Below are positions 10,091 through 19,394 of a DNA stretch of 64,000 bases, piece after piece; position 1 is the first letter of the stretch, and the number at the start of each line of letters is the position of its first letter. Made by a program: the position numbers and the translations under genes. The DNA is taken from NCBI GenBank assembly GCA_964513345.1, contig CAZELY010000001.1, positions 73,980 through 137,979 of the forward strand, in the 5' to 3' direction. This stretch comes from an uncultured Muribaculaceae bacterium. Its GTDB lineage: Bacteria; Bacillota_I; Bacilli_A; RF39; UBA660. The notes under the pieces were generated by a model, which saw only the letters and a list, made by a program, of their open reading frames with translations, was not told where the DNA came from and did no database searches.

Positions 10091-10873
10091 ATGGAAAGAT
10101 TGAACGAAATATTAAGAGAATTAGGAATTTCAAAAGTAAAACTTGCCAAATGCCTAGGTGTTTCTAGACAAATGATCTATAATTATTTAGAATTAGATGA
10201 TTTAAATAAATGGCCAAAGGATAAAAAAGTTATTTTATTAAATATTTTAGGAATTAAATCTGCCGAAGATTTAGACGATATTAAGGTTGATACTGACTAT
10301 ATTATGGATGTTGAAACCAGAATCAATAGTTTATTTGAAAACACGGCAAAAAGTGAAGTTGGCGATTCAAATGTTATTTTTGATGGCTTAGGCGAAAAAC
10401 AGAAAGAATTATTACATAATATAATTGATGAATTAAAAGAGCGCTTAAGCGATGAAAAAGACGAAGTAGCTTATCATTCAACTTTATATTTATATCACTA
10501 TTTACAAACAATGGAGAATTCTCGTGAATTAAATTATATACTAGCATATATGTCTAAAGCCGCAGGATTTACTAAACCATATGAGTTTGTATATGATGAA
10601 AATGAACAATTTATATTCGAAAGTATTTTATTTTCAGCAATGACACTATATCATAGTGGTACCGCTTCTAAGACAAAAATAGCGGCTACTCACAAACGTT
10701 TTGTCGAAAAGATTGAAGCTAAACTAGAAGACAAAATGAGTCGTACATTAGAGATAAATGCAGCAAAAGTACAAGCACTAAAAGAATTAGGTTATACTGA
10801 AATAACTACTGAAAATGCTTCACAAGTATTAGAAAAAATTGTTGAGATTCAATCACGTAAAGTCAATAATTAA
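10091..10873 (+). CDS. XRE-family HTH transcriptional regulator with a C-terminal helical domain (RNPP/Rgg-like architecture possible)
   Basis: N-terminal HTH_3-like LRELGISKVKLAKCLGVSRQMIYNY, followed by about 190 aa of helical, non-enzymatic sequence. Confidence 0.55.
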   Translation: MERLNEILRELGISKVKLAKCLGVSRQMIYNYLELDDLNKWPKDKKVILLNILGIKSAEDLDDIKVDTDYIMDVETRINSLFENTAKSEVGDSNVIFDGLGEKQKELLHNIIDELKERLSDEKDEVAYHSTLYLYHYLQTMENSRELNYILAYMSKAAGFTKPYEFVYDENEQFIFESILFSAMTLYHSGTASKTKIAATHKRFVEKIEAKLEDKMSRTLEINAAKVQALKELGYTEITTENASQVLEKIVEIQSRKVNN

Positions 10874-10874
10874 T

Positions 10875-10902
10875 TATTCCTATAATATATATTATGTTAA
10901 CT
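10875..10902. other. dif: dif-like XerC/XerD chromosome dimer resolution site
   Basis: TATTCCTATAATATATATTATGTTAACT matches the Firmicutes/B. subtilis dif consensus ACTTCCTAGAATATATATTATGTAAACT at 24 of 28 positions, with both 11-bp arms and a 6-bp centre. It lies next to the xerD-like gene and at the switch in gene orientation. Confidence 0.75.
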
Positions 10903-11111
10903 TGTTAATTTATTAAAATATGAGTATGCATTATTTTATATATGCTTACTCTTTTTTTAATTACTACTTCCCCCTTTTTGTTTTGATTTATGAAAGATAA
11001 AAAGTTATAAAATTTATTCATTATAAAAAAATTTAAATTTCAAATTTTAATTTTTTAATATTTATTTATATTCTTTAAGTGTGATATCCATTAATAATTT
11101 ATTTTTGATTG

Positions 11112-11136
11112 AGATGGACAATTATCCATCTTTTTG
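11112..11136 (+). terminator. Rho-independent terminator (+ strand)
   Basis: AGATGGA caatta TCCATCT followed by TTTTTG. Confidence 0.6.
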
Positions 11137-11420
11137 TTTCTCGATTAAAATTAGAGTCCCCTACTATTTCTTATTCTCCTTCATATTAAAGTAGGGGGTT
11201 AATATTTTAAATTTTTACTTCATTGTGTGATGATACTACGATGCCATTTAAAGATAGGAAACTGCTAATTGATTTTTTATACATTTTACTTAATATACAA
11301 TTGATAATTTTAAATTAAACTTCCCTATTTGTTTTAAAAAAAGAGGAATGTAATTATTTTTGATTTTAACCCGTTTTTAGAAGACTTTTTATTTAATAGT
11401 ATTATTTACTGATAACAGGC

Positions 11421-11462
11421 AAAAACAACTAAAAAAGGGCCACTTTAGCGTATATGTGCCCT
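11421..11462 (-). terminator. Rho-independent terminator of xerD
   Basis: On the - strand, GGGCAC...GTGGCCC forms an imperfect GC-rich hairpin followed by TTTTTTAGTTGTTTTT. It overlaps the stop codon. Confidence 0.55.
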
Positions 11463-12348
11463 ATTTACCGTGTGGGTGAGACTCTTTATAATTTTCCTTT
11501 AATTTTTCATTAGTTATATGGGTATATATTTGAGTTGAAGATATATCTGAATGTCCAAGTAATTCTTGAATACTTCTTAAATCAGCTCCATGTTTTAACA
11601 AGTGCGTTGCAAATGAATGTCTCAAGGTGTGTGGTGAAAAATCAGTTTTAATGTTTTGTTCTTTAGCAATATTTTTCAAAATTTTAAAAAAAGCTTGCCT
11701 TGTCATTTTATCTCCCCTACTGCTTAAAAAAAGATAATCGCTTATTTTACTTTTAAGCAGCATTGGTCTATAAATTTTTATATATTCTTTGATGGCGCTT
11801 ACTGCATATTCACCTAGGGGTAAAATTCTTTCTTTTGAACCTTTTCCAAAAATTCTTAAAGTCTCTAAATTTAGATCAACATCCGTCAATTTTAAATTAA
11901 TTAATTCACTTATCCTAAGTCCACTACTATACATCAACTCAATCATTGCCTTGTTACGATAATCGTATTTATTTTTAACATTAAAATTTAATAGTTTTAA
12001 TATTTCCTCTTCCGATAAAACTTTAGGTAAATCTTTTTCTATTTTTGGTGTGACTATATTATCAAGTGGAGCTTTACTAATATATTTTTCAAGTGTCAAA
12101 AATTTATAAAAGCTTCTCAAAGTGCTTATATTTCTCGAAACACTTTTCGCAGTCATTTTTTTATTTAAATCTTTCACATATTCTTTCAAATCATGATTAT
12201 CAATATTTTTAAGTTTTTTCTTGTTTTCAAAATACTCTTTGAATTTTAGTAGATCATTACTATATGAACTTATGGTGTTAGAACTATACTTCTTTTCAAG
12301 GAGTAAATAACTTTTAAATTCTTCAAGTTTAGTACTATAATCATCCAT
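11461..12348 (-). CDS. xerD: Tyrosine site-specific recombinase XerD (XerC/XerD family)
   Basis: 295 aa with the C-terminal catalytic box HTLRHSFATHLL...GADLRSIQELLGHSDISSTQIYTH. Adjacent to the dif-like site. Confidence 0.8.
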   Translation of the reverse strand: MDDYSTKLEEFKSYLLLEKKYSSNTISSYSNDLLKFKEYFENKKKLKNIDNHDLKEYVKDLNKKMTAKSVSRNISTLRSFYKFLTLEKYISKAPLDNIVTPKIEKDLPKVLSEEEILKLLNFNVKNKYDYRNKAMIELMYSSGLRISELINLKLTDVDLNLETLRIFGKGSKERILPLGEYAVSAIKEYIKIYRPMLLKSKISDYLFLSSRGDKMTRQAFFKILKNIAKEQNIKTDFSPHTLRHSFATHLLKHGADLRSIQELLGHSDISSTQIYTHITNEKLKENYKESHPHGK

Positions 12349-12424
12349 ACTATCACCTACTTAAATTTTAACAAATTTATCAAAAAAAAACAATTTTTTG
12401 GTATAATGATAATGAGGTGATATT

Positions 12425-13630
12425 GTGCAGCCGCTAGCAGATCAAATAAGACCAAACAAACTAGATGATATTATTGGACAGGAACACTTAGTAGGCAAAA
12501 ATAAAATTATCAGAAATTTAGTTGACAACAAAAAAATCTTTTCGATGATTTTATTTGGTCCTCCAGGGACAGGTAAAACAACTCTAGCTTACACTTTAGT
12601 TGCTGAATTGGATTTAGAATGTGGATTTTTAAATGCCGTAATTAATAGTAAAAAAGATTTTGACGAAATGATATATAAAGCTAAAAGCTGTGATAATTTT
12701 GTTTTGATTATGGATGAAATACATCGTTTGAATAAAGATAAACAAGACTTACTGCTGCCATATTTAGAAAATGGAGTTATTACTTTAATAGGTATGACCA
12801 CGGCAAATCCATATCATTCAATAAATCCAGCAATTAGGAGTAGATGCCAATTATTTGAATTAAAACTTCTTTCGAAAAAAAATATTATTGATGCCCTACA
12901 AAAGTCATTAACTTATTTAGAAAAAATCAAAATTGATGACGAATCACTTGAATACATTGCTTCCCTATCTTCTGGTGATTTAAGGTACGCATATAATTTA
13001 TTAGAAATTGCTTATTATAGTTCAAAAAATCATAAAATAAATTTAGAAATGTTGAAACAAATAAGTGACAAACCAAGCTTGTACATTGATAAAAATGATG
13101 ATGGCTATTATGATGTTATAAGTGCGTTACAAAAATCAATAAGAGGAAGCGACGTTGATGCTGCCCTACACTATTTGGCAAGATTAATAGTTGCCGAAGA
13201 TTTAGATATCATATTCAGAAGATTAAGCGTTATTGCTTACGAAGACATTGGTCTTGCTAATCCATCTATTGGTCCAAGATTGAATGCTTGTATAAATGCT
13301 TGTGAAAGATTAGGTCTACCGGAAGCTAGGATCCCTTTGGGAGAAATCGTAATTGAAATGGCACTTTCACCAAAAAGCAATAGTGCTTATTTGGCAATTG
13401 ATAAAGCAATTGGTGATGTTGAAATGGGAAGTGTTGGTAAAGTTCCAAATCATATTAAAACCAATTCAAAAGATTATAAGTATCCCCATAACTATAAAGG
13501 AAGTTTTGTTAAACAACAATATTTACCTGATGAACTTATTAATAAAAAGTATTATTATCCAAAAGAATCAAGTCCATATGAAAAGAAAGTTAAAGAAATA
13601 TATGAAAAAATAGAAACCTTAAAAAATTAG
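12425..13630 (+). CDS. rarA: Replication-associated recombination protein A (RarA/MgsA AAA+ ATPase)
   Basis: GQEHLVG...ILFGPPGTGKTTLA Walker A, IMDEIHRLNK, and a C-terminal MgsA helical domain. Confidence 0.9.
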   Translation: MQPLADQIRPNKLDDIIGQEHLVGKNKIIRNLVDNKKIFSMILFGPPGTGKTTLAYTLVAELDLECGFLNAVINSKKDFDEMIYKAKSCDNFVLIMDEIHRLNKDKQDLLLPYLENGVITLIGMTTANPYHSINPAIRSRCQLFELKLLSKKNIIDALQKSLTYLEKIKIDDESLEYIASLSSGDLRYAYNLLEIAYYSSKNHKINLEMLKQISDKPSLYIDKNDDGYYDVISALQKSIRGSDVDAALHYLARLIVAEDLDIIFRRLSVIAYEDIGLANPSIGPRLNACINACERLGLPEARIPLGEIVIEMALSPKSNSAYLAIDKAIGDVEMGSVGKVPNHIKTNSKDYKYPHNYKGSFVKQQYLPDELINKKYYYPKESSPYEKKVKEIYEKIETLKN

Positions 13631-13633
13631 TTT

Positions 13634-14554
13634 CTATTTTTTTAGTATAAATAATTCGAGCGCCAAATTTTTATTAATATTGCCGGTTTTAATATTTATA
13701 TCCATATCTGCTAGTTCATTAATGTATTTTAGTAGCGTAGTTGAACTATACTTTTGACCATTTCTAATGGCGAGTTTTACTGAATACGGATGTGCTTTTA
13801 ACGTAGTGGCTATATCTTTTTCAGTCAAGCCTTTTTGTTTTAAACTTTTAGCTTGATACATTAACCGAAATTGATTTGCCAGTAGAATTAATATTTTTAA
13901 TGGTTCTTCGTTAATATTAAGCATCTCGTGATAAATTTCTAATGCTAAAGATTTGTTGTTGCTAATTATACTATCAATAAGCTTAAAAATATTTGTATCA
14001 ACATTTTTATGCGTTAAATTTATAATATCATCATCGTTAATATTTTTATCATCACCTTTATAAAGTTTTATTTTATCGATTTCTTGCTTGAGAATTAAAA
14101 AATTATTCCCTACTCTTTCAAGCAATAAATTAATTGTTGATCTTTCAATATTGTAGTCTTTAAACTCGTTTTTTATAAAATCATAATTATTAATATCATT
14201 ATTAAATTCTTTTATAACCCCATTTGCTTTAATAAATTTGGTAATTTTTTTTCGTTCATCAATTTTCTCATTATTTAGTACAAAGATAATAGTCGTCGCG
14301 GGATTTGGGTCTTTCAAGTATTTTTCTAAAAGTTCTGGACTAGTTGCACTACTTGAAAACATTTTAGCGTTTTCACAAATAATTAGTTTTTTATTTTCAA
14401 ATAGTGAAATCATGTTACAATCTTCAATAATTTGTTCCATACTATCATTATTTAAATCATAATATATGATATTTAGCGGATCAAATTTTTCTTTTAGACT
14501 ATCGATTTCATTTTTTATTTGGAAGTCTTTTGTCCCATAAAATAAATAAGTCAT
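13634..14554 (-). CDS. holA: DNA polymerase III delta subunit HolA
   Basis: 306 aa with a typical delta N-terminus (LFYG...) and a C-terminal helical domain. Confidence 0.75.
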   Translation of the reverse strand: MTYLFYGTKDFQIKNEIDSLKEKFDPLNIIYYDLNNDSMEQIIEDCNMISLFENKKLIICENAKMFSSSATSPELLEKYLKDPNPATTIIFVLNNEKIDERKKITKFIKANGVIKEFNNDINNYDFIKNEFKDYNIERSTINLLLERVGNNFLILKQEIDKIKLYKGDDKNINDDDIINLTHKNVDTNIFKLIDSIISNNKSLALEIYHEMLNINEEPLKILILLANQFRLMYQAKSLKQKGLTEKDIATTLKAHPYSVKLAIRNGQKYSSTTLLKYINELADMDINIKTGNINKNLALELFILKK

Positions 14555-14600
14555 ATAATCACCTTTAGTTATTAAAATTATAACACAAATTTGTGTTTTT

Positions 14601-15026
14601 TTGAAAAATATGCTAGAATATGTCGCGTTTTATGAAAAGGAGCGAATTTTTATGGAATGCTATAAAATTGAAGATTTAAAAATTGCTAAATATGAATACC
14701 AACGATTTTATAAAATTAGTACTTTAAAACGTTTGGTTATTACTAATGAACGTTATGGGGTTTTAGTTAAAACTGATGTTGACTATTATTATGATTTAAT
14801 AAATAATTGGCCGGTATGGGAAAAAGATATTATCGGCACTCCTCGTTCTTTTATTGCAACCAATGAATTATTGTCGAGAAGTCAAATTAAGTATATTTTC
14901 GACGTTTTAATCAGTGGTTTTAATTTTGAAAACAATAATGGGCCAACAAATGTGTCTGAGACAAGTATTGTGAGTGGAGCCGTTAATAAGATTAAAAGCA
15001 TTGGTTCAAAATTTAGAAAAAAATAA
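14601..15026 (+). CDS. Hypothetical protein
   Basis: 141 aa ORF with coding-like codon usage. No motif recognised. Confidence 0.4.
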   Translation: MKNMLEYVAFYEKERIFMECYKIEDLKIAKYEYQRFYKISTLKRLVITNERYGVLVKTDVDYYYDLINNWPVWEKDIIGTPRSFIATNELLSRSQIKYIFDVLISGFNFENNNGPTNVSETSIVSGAVNKIKSIGSKFRKK

Positions 15027-15050
15027 GCTTAGCTTATTTTTTTATTTTAA
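15025..15050. terminator. Bidirectional terminator hairpin
   Basis: A-run, then ATAAGC tta GCTTAT, then T-run, between convergent genes. Confidence 0.5.
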
Positions 15051-15944
15051 TATTAAGCGTTTTTGTGACGTTTCGGGAGCAAAATTATGGACATTTTCAG
15101 AAGTTGGTATTATTTGGTTTTTCAAAAACATGTATTGAATAAATTTTCCTTTATCGAAAAAGCCATCATTCATTGTCAGTGAAATATCTATAAATCCTGC
15201 TGGAAATCCTTGTTTTACGTCATTACTTACCGTTGGTAAGCATAGTGTGATGCTTTTACCGTCGGATATAAACTTTGTTTTATGACCATGTCCAGTCAAA
15301 ATTAATTTTGCATACACATTTTTAACTTTCTGAGCTCGATGACATAAAACAATATTTTCATTACCAATACCGATTTTTTGAATTCCATAGCCAAGTGGTA
15401 TTAAGTCGGTGCGTTTTTCTCCCAAAATTGTCTGAAAATCTAATCCAGTATTTTTAATAAGATCTTCATCATGATTTCCAAAGATGATAAAGTTTAAAAT
15501 TCGATCATCAAAGGGATGCTCATCAAGTAGATGACTAATTTGTTCGTAATATGAATCATGGTATGAATAATTCATCATTCCCTCAATTAAATCACCACAA
15601 TTGAAAATTATATGAATATCGTTTTGTCTGGCATAATTATAAACCATGTTAATATATTTTAAGTTTTCTTTTCGACTTCCAATGTGGTAGTCCGAAACAC
15701 CCAAAGCTCGGAAAATTCCTGTTTCTGGGACATCTAAAATATGTGTCAAATAACTTGGAGATTTTTGAATGGCATATCGCTGAGTGCCATCGTAATTAAA
15801 TAATCTAACGAGATGGTGTCCATCGCGCTTTAATTTCCATGTATATTTTTTTAATTCTTCATCGGTAATATTTAGTTTTTCTAAAATTTCTTCTGTGAGC
15901 ATTTCATCTAAAATGCATTTTAATATTTCGTCTTTCTTTGACAT
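15042..15944 (-). CDS. Calcineurin-like metallophosphoesterase
   Basis: Motifs DYHIG, NCGDLIEG, FGNHDE and LTGHGH. There is an N-terminal 60-aa extension. Confidence 0.7.
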   Translation of the reverse strand: MSKKDEILKCILDEMLTEEILEKLNITDEELKKYTWKLKRDGHHLVRLFNYDGTQRYAIQKSPSYLTHILDVPETGIFRALGVSDYHIGSRKENLKYINMVYNYARQNDIHIIFNCGDLIEGMMNYSYHDSYYEQISHLLDEHPFDDRILNFIIFGNHDEDLIKNTGLDFQTILGEKRTDLIPLGYGIQKIGIGNENIVLCHRAQKVKNVYAKLILTGHGHKTKFISDGKSITLCLPTVSNDVKQGFPAGFIDISLTMNDGFFDKGKFIQYMFLKNQIIPTSENVHNFAPETSQKRLILK

Positions 15945-16021
15945 TTAAAACCCACCTCTATTATATAAATAATATCATATTTAAGTATTACTGGTCAATA
16001 AAAGTACTACATTTAGTAGTA

Positions 16022-16822
16022 CTATAAGAACAATATTACAAGAGTACCAGCAATTAGGCAGTAATAAACAAAGTATATAAGTTTACCCTTAAGCATAATA
16101 CCTTTAAACCACTTTGTTGAGAAGAAAGTAACAATTAGTGCGGCTATTGACCCTATGATATAACTCGTTAGCAACGAAGCATCTATACCGGTTTCTGCTA
16201 CATCCTTAACACCAAGGACCATAGTTGCAAGAGTTATAGGTAAGTATAGCATAAAAGAAAATTTAAATGCTGTTTCTCGTTTTAAATCTGAAAGCATTCC
16301 GCCAACTAAAGTAGCACCGCTTCGGCTAATGCCAGGAAGTAATGCAACTACCTGAAACAAACCAATTTTTAAAGCGTCTTGCCATGTGATTTCATTATCA
16401 TCTTTAGTTCCTTTTAATTTTCTAATTATGAATAAGAAAAGTGCCGTTACCAATAAAGCAACACCGACATATTTAACATTACTTAAGTATTCGTCGATGA
16501 AGTCATTCGCAAGTAGACCTACTAAGCCAGCAGGTATAGTTCCTAAAATAATTAATAGACAGTATTTAAATCCAGATTTGTAGACACTTTTTTTTGTTTT
16601 GATATATAAGAAAAAATCTTTTAGTAATTTAATAATATCTTTCCTAAATATTAAAACAATTGCGATAAAACTTCCAAAATTTGCAAATATTTCAAAATTT
16701 AAATCCTTCAATACTTGAACATCAAAAATGTTTTTGAAAATTATTAGGTGTCCACTTGATGATACCGGTATTGGTTCCGTAAATCCTTGAATCATACCTA
16801 AAAGTAAATATATAAATAACAT
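16022..16822 (-). CDS. uppP: Undecaprenyl-diphosphatase UppP (BacA)
   Basis: 8-TM protein with SSSGHL and ISRSGATLVGG motifs. Confidence 0.9.
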   Translation of the reverse strand: MLFIYLLLGMIQGFTEPIPVSSSGHLIIFKNIFDVQVLKDLNFEIFANFGSFIAIVLIFRKDIIKLLKDFFLYIKTKKSVYKSGFKYCLLIILGTIPAGLVGLLANDFIDEYLSNVKYVGVALLVTALFLFIIRKLKGTKDDNEITWQDALKIGLFQVVALLPGISRSGATLVGGMLSDLKRETAFKFSFMLYLPITLATMVLGVKDVAETGIDASLLTSYIIGSIAALIVTFFSTKWFKGIMLKGKLIYFVYYCLIAGTLVILFL

Positions 16823-16899
16823 AAATCATCCTCCTATTTTATCTTATGCACTAGTTAATTATACCATTATTTTTAATTCTGAACAATACAAAAGAAGCC

Positions 16900-17283
16900 T
16901 TATGCGGCTTCTTTAAAAATTCTTTGTTTTTCTTTCGTATGTGTGGTACTTTCAGATTTGATTTCTAAATCAGTAGAACCAAAAGCTATTTCATATATAA
17001 CATTCCAGTTGCTTCTTGCGGTAATCGTACTATCGCTATAGTTTTGTGGTTTGCTACATGGATTCATTTTAGCAATTAATCTGCTATGATCATAAATATT
17101 TCTAGAAGTACCTAAATTAACTAAAGCAATGGTTTCTTTTTCTGATGCATCTTCATAATCGCTAATAAACTTTTCTATAACGTCTTTAACGTTAGCACCC
17201 TTTTTAGAAATTTCGTTTTTTAGCATGTTTAATACATCAATATTGTCAATTTCGTTAGTAATATCATTTAATCTCTCGAACAT
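16900..17283 (-). CDS. Hypothetical protein
   Basis: Start chosen at the ATG at 17283 (M7 of the track ORF), which has a GGGGGT RBS. A terminator hairpin AAGAAGCC/GGCTTCTT overlaps the stop. Confidence 0.45.
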   Translation of the reverse strand: MFERLNDITNEIDNIDVLNMLKNEISKKGANVKDVIEKFISDYEDASEKETIALVNLGTSRNIYDHSRLIAKMNPCSKPQNYSDSTITARSNWNVIYEIAFGSTDLEIKSESTTHTKEKQRIFKEAA

Positions 17284-17360
17284 GCTACTACCCCCTATCA
17301 CAAAAATTAATTATACACGAAAATATTAATTATGTCAAATCATCAAAAAACTAATAATAT

Positions 17361-18758
17361 TTAATTATTAGCTTTTTGGTGATAAGGAACGGTGTTTTCA
17401 GTGATTCGATCAAAAGTGTATCCATTTTGTTTACCATATACAATGATATCTTTAATAGCGTCTCTAGTATATCGCTTAATATCGTGCATCAATACTATAT
17501 TAGCGCGAGATTTACTTAAATTATTGACAACATTGGCATAAACACCTTTGGGATCAGTTGTGCCACCAGCGTCACCAGAGGAAATATTCCAATCAAAATA
17601 TGAATAGCCTCTATTTTCAACTTCCTTAGTTAAGGTGCTCATAATTCCTTGTTTATAATTACGGCTGACAGTGTTTGAAGCCCCACCAGGGAATCGAATA
17701 ATTTTTGATTCAATACCCGTTATTCTTTTAACGCGATCACTAACAAGCTTAAGATCAGCAAAATACCCTTCAACTGATGAATAACATGTTTGGTAATTAT
17801 GTGACCAAGTATGAAGTGCGACTGTATGACCTTCATCATGTTCCCTTTTAATCAAATAATCTGGTCCATTTTTAGTTACAAAGAACGTTGCTTTTACACC
17901 TTCGGCTTTTAAGATATCCAATATAACATTTGTCGTACCTTCGTTTGGACCATCATCGAATGTTAAGTATATTGCGCCCGCTTTGCCCGTTCCATTGGCT
18001 ACTGGCCTATTTATAACTTTTACATTACGCTGAATAGTTGCTTTATTCTCATATTTGTCAGAAACACTATAAATTATAGTATATGTTCCAACTTTTGATG
18101 TATCAATTTGTCCTTCAGCGATAATTTTTTTAGTAATATCACCATCACAATTATCTTTGGCAGTTGCGCCTGGATCGACAAATTTTTCGTTAGTATAAAC
18201 AAAAATGTCCTTATCGCCGTTTAAAGATATAACGGGTGCAGTTACGTCTTTGTAGACAAGTTTTCGAACTCTTTTCGTTAGATTTCCTGCTTTGTCTTTT
18301 ACACTATATATAACTTTGTTTTCTTCCGCACTTACTTTAATTTTTTTTGTAATATCACCATCGAGATTATCCATTGCTGTGGCCCCTTCATCTTTATATT
18401 CTGTGTTTGGGCAAACATAAGATTTAGTATTACCCTTTAAAGCAATTACTGGATACTCAATATCCGCAATTTGAATAGTTTTTGTTTGGGTAAATACACG
18501 AAAACCAATCTCAGTTCTAAAAGTTATCGGATAAGAACCAATTTTATTGTTTTTAATTTTTTCTGATGTCTTAGTTTTGTCTGTATAATCAACAGAAAAT
18601 CTAGTAACTTGAAAATTATCATAGTACTTACTACCAATATTTATTTTATCATTCATAATCGTAATTTTTGGTGGTATAAATATATAGGCACAAATCACAA
18701 GTACAAAAATAATAATAAGACTAATTATAACATACTTCCACTTCATATTCTTCACCAT
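17361..18758 (-). CDS. Polysaccharide deacetylase (NodB domain, PgdA-like) with an N-terminal TM and Ig-like/DUF5011-like repeats
   Basis: NodB motifs IYLTFDDGPNEG ... VKATFFV ... HTWSH. Two Ig-like modules precede it (GDITKKI...TYTIIYSVSDK). Confidence 0.8.
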   Translation of the reverse strand: MVKNMKWKYVIISLIIIFVLVICAYIFIPPKITIMNDKINIGSKYYDNFQVTRFSVDYTDKTKTSEKIKNNKIGSYPITFRTEIGFRVFTQTKTIQIADIEYPVIALKGNTKSYVCPNTEYKDEGATAMDNLDGDITKKIKVSAEENKVIYSVKDKAGNLTKRVRKLVYKDVTAPVISLNGDKDIFVYTNEKFVDPGATAKDNCDGDITKKIIAEGQIDTSKVGTYTIIYSVSDKYENKATIQRNVKVINRPVANGTGKAGAIYLTFDDGPNEGTTNVILDILKAEGVKATFFVTKNGPDYLIKREHDEGHTVALHTWSHNYQTCYSSVEGYFADLKLVSDRVKRITGIESKIIRFPGGASNTVSRNYKQGIMSTLTKEVENRGYSYFDWNISSGDAGGTTDPKGVYANVVNNLSKSRANIVLMHDIKRYTRDAIKDIIVYGKQNGYTFDRITENTVPYHQKANN

Positions 18759-18776
18759 CTTTATTGTATCACGTTT

Positions 18777-19394
18777 TTAACCTATTTTTAAATAGTTTTC
18801 ACGTTCTTTTTTTGAGTAAATGCAGCCACAATAATCTTGTCGATATAAACCATATTTTTTGGCTAACTCATTACTTCTTTTATAACCATCTTTTTTCTTA
18901 AAATCGGAGTACAAATAATTAACACCATATTTTTCTTCTAAAACTTGTCCTATCTCATTCAATTTTTTAGAATTTTTATAAGGACTTACGGAAAGAGTTG
19001 TACAAAAATAATCAAAATTATTTTCTTTAGCTAGTATGCAAGTTTTTTCGAGTCTTAAATAATAACATTTTAAGCATCTAGAACCGCCTTCTTTTTCTTC
19101 TTCTAATCCTTTTACAATGTTTTCAAATTCATCGCTAAGGTAACCAACTTCTAACAATTTAACATTAATATTGGTTTCATTAATTAACTTTTTTAAAGTT
19201 TCAAATCGTTTATAATACTCTTCTTCTGGAAATATATTCGGATTATAATATAAAACAGTAATTTCAAAATAATTATTCAATCGCTCCAAAACTGAAGACG
19301 AACATACTCCGCAACAAGCATGTAAAAGAAGTTTGGGCTTTTTATCTAAATTATTAATAATCTCTTCCATTATTAAATTATAATTAGTGTTCAT
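18777..19394 (-). CDS. queH: Epoxyqueuosine reductase QueH (DUF208)
   Basis: LLLHACCGVCSS ... CGC cysteine pattern. Length 205 aa. Confidence 0.8.
   Translation of the reverse strand: MNTNYNLIMEEIINNLDKKPKLLLHACCGVCSSSVLERLNNYFEITVLYYNPNIFPEEEYYKRFETLKKLINETNINVKLLEVGYLSDEFENIVKGLEEEKEGGSRCLKCYYLRLEKTCILAKENNFDYFCTTLSVSPYKNSKKLNEIGQVLEEKYGVNYLYSDFKKKDGYKRSNELAKKYGLYRQDYCGCIYSKKERENYLKIG

Noticed and set aside
11300-11325. A second dif-like element (AAACTTCCCTATTTG) that might mark an IMEX boundary
   Set aside because: Only about 7 of 11 positions of one arm match, and there is no recognisable central region or second arm. It is noted in a finding but is too weak to annotate.
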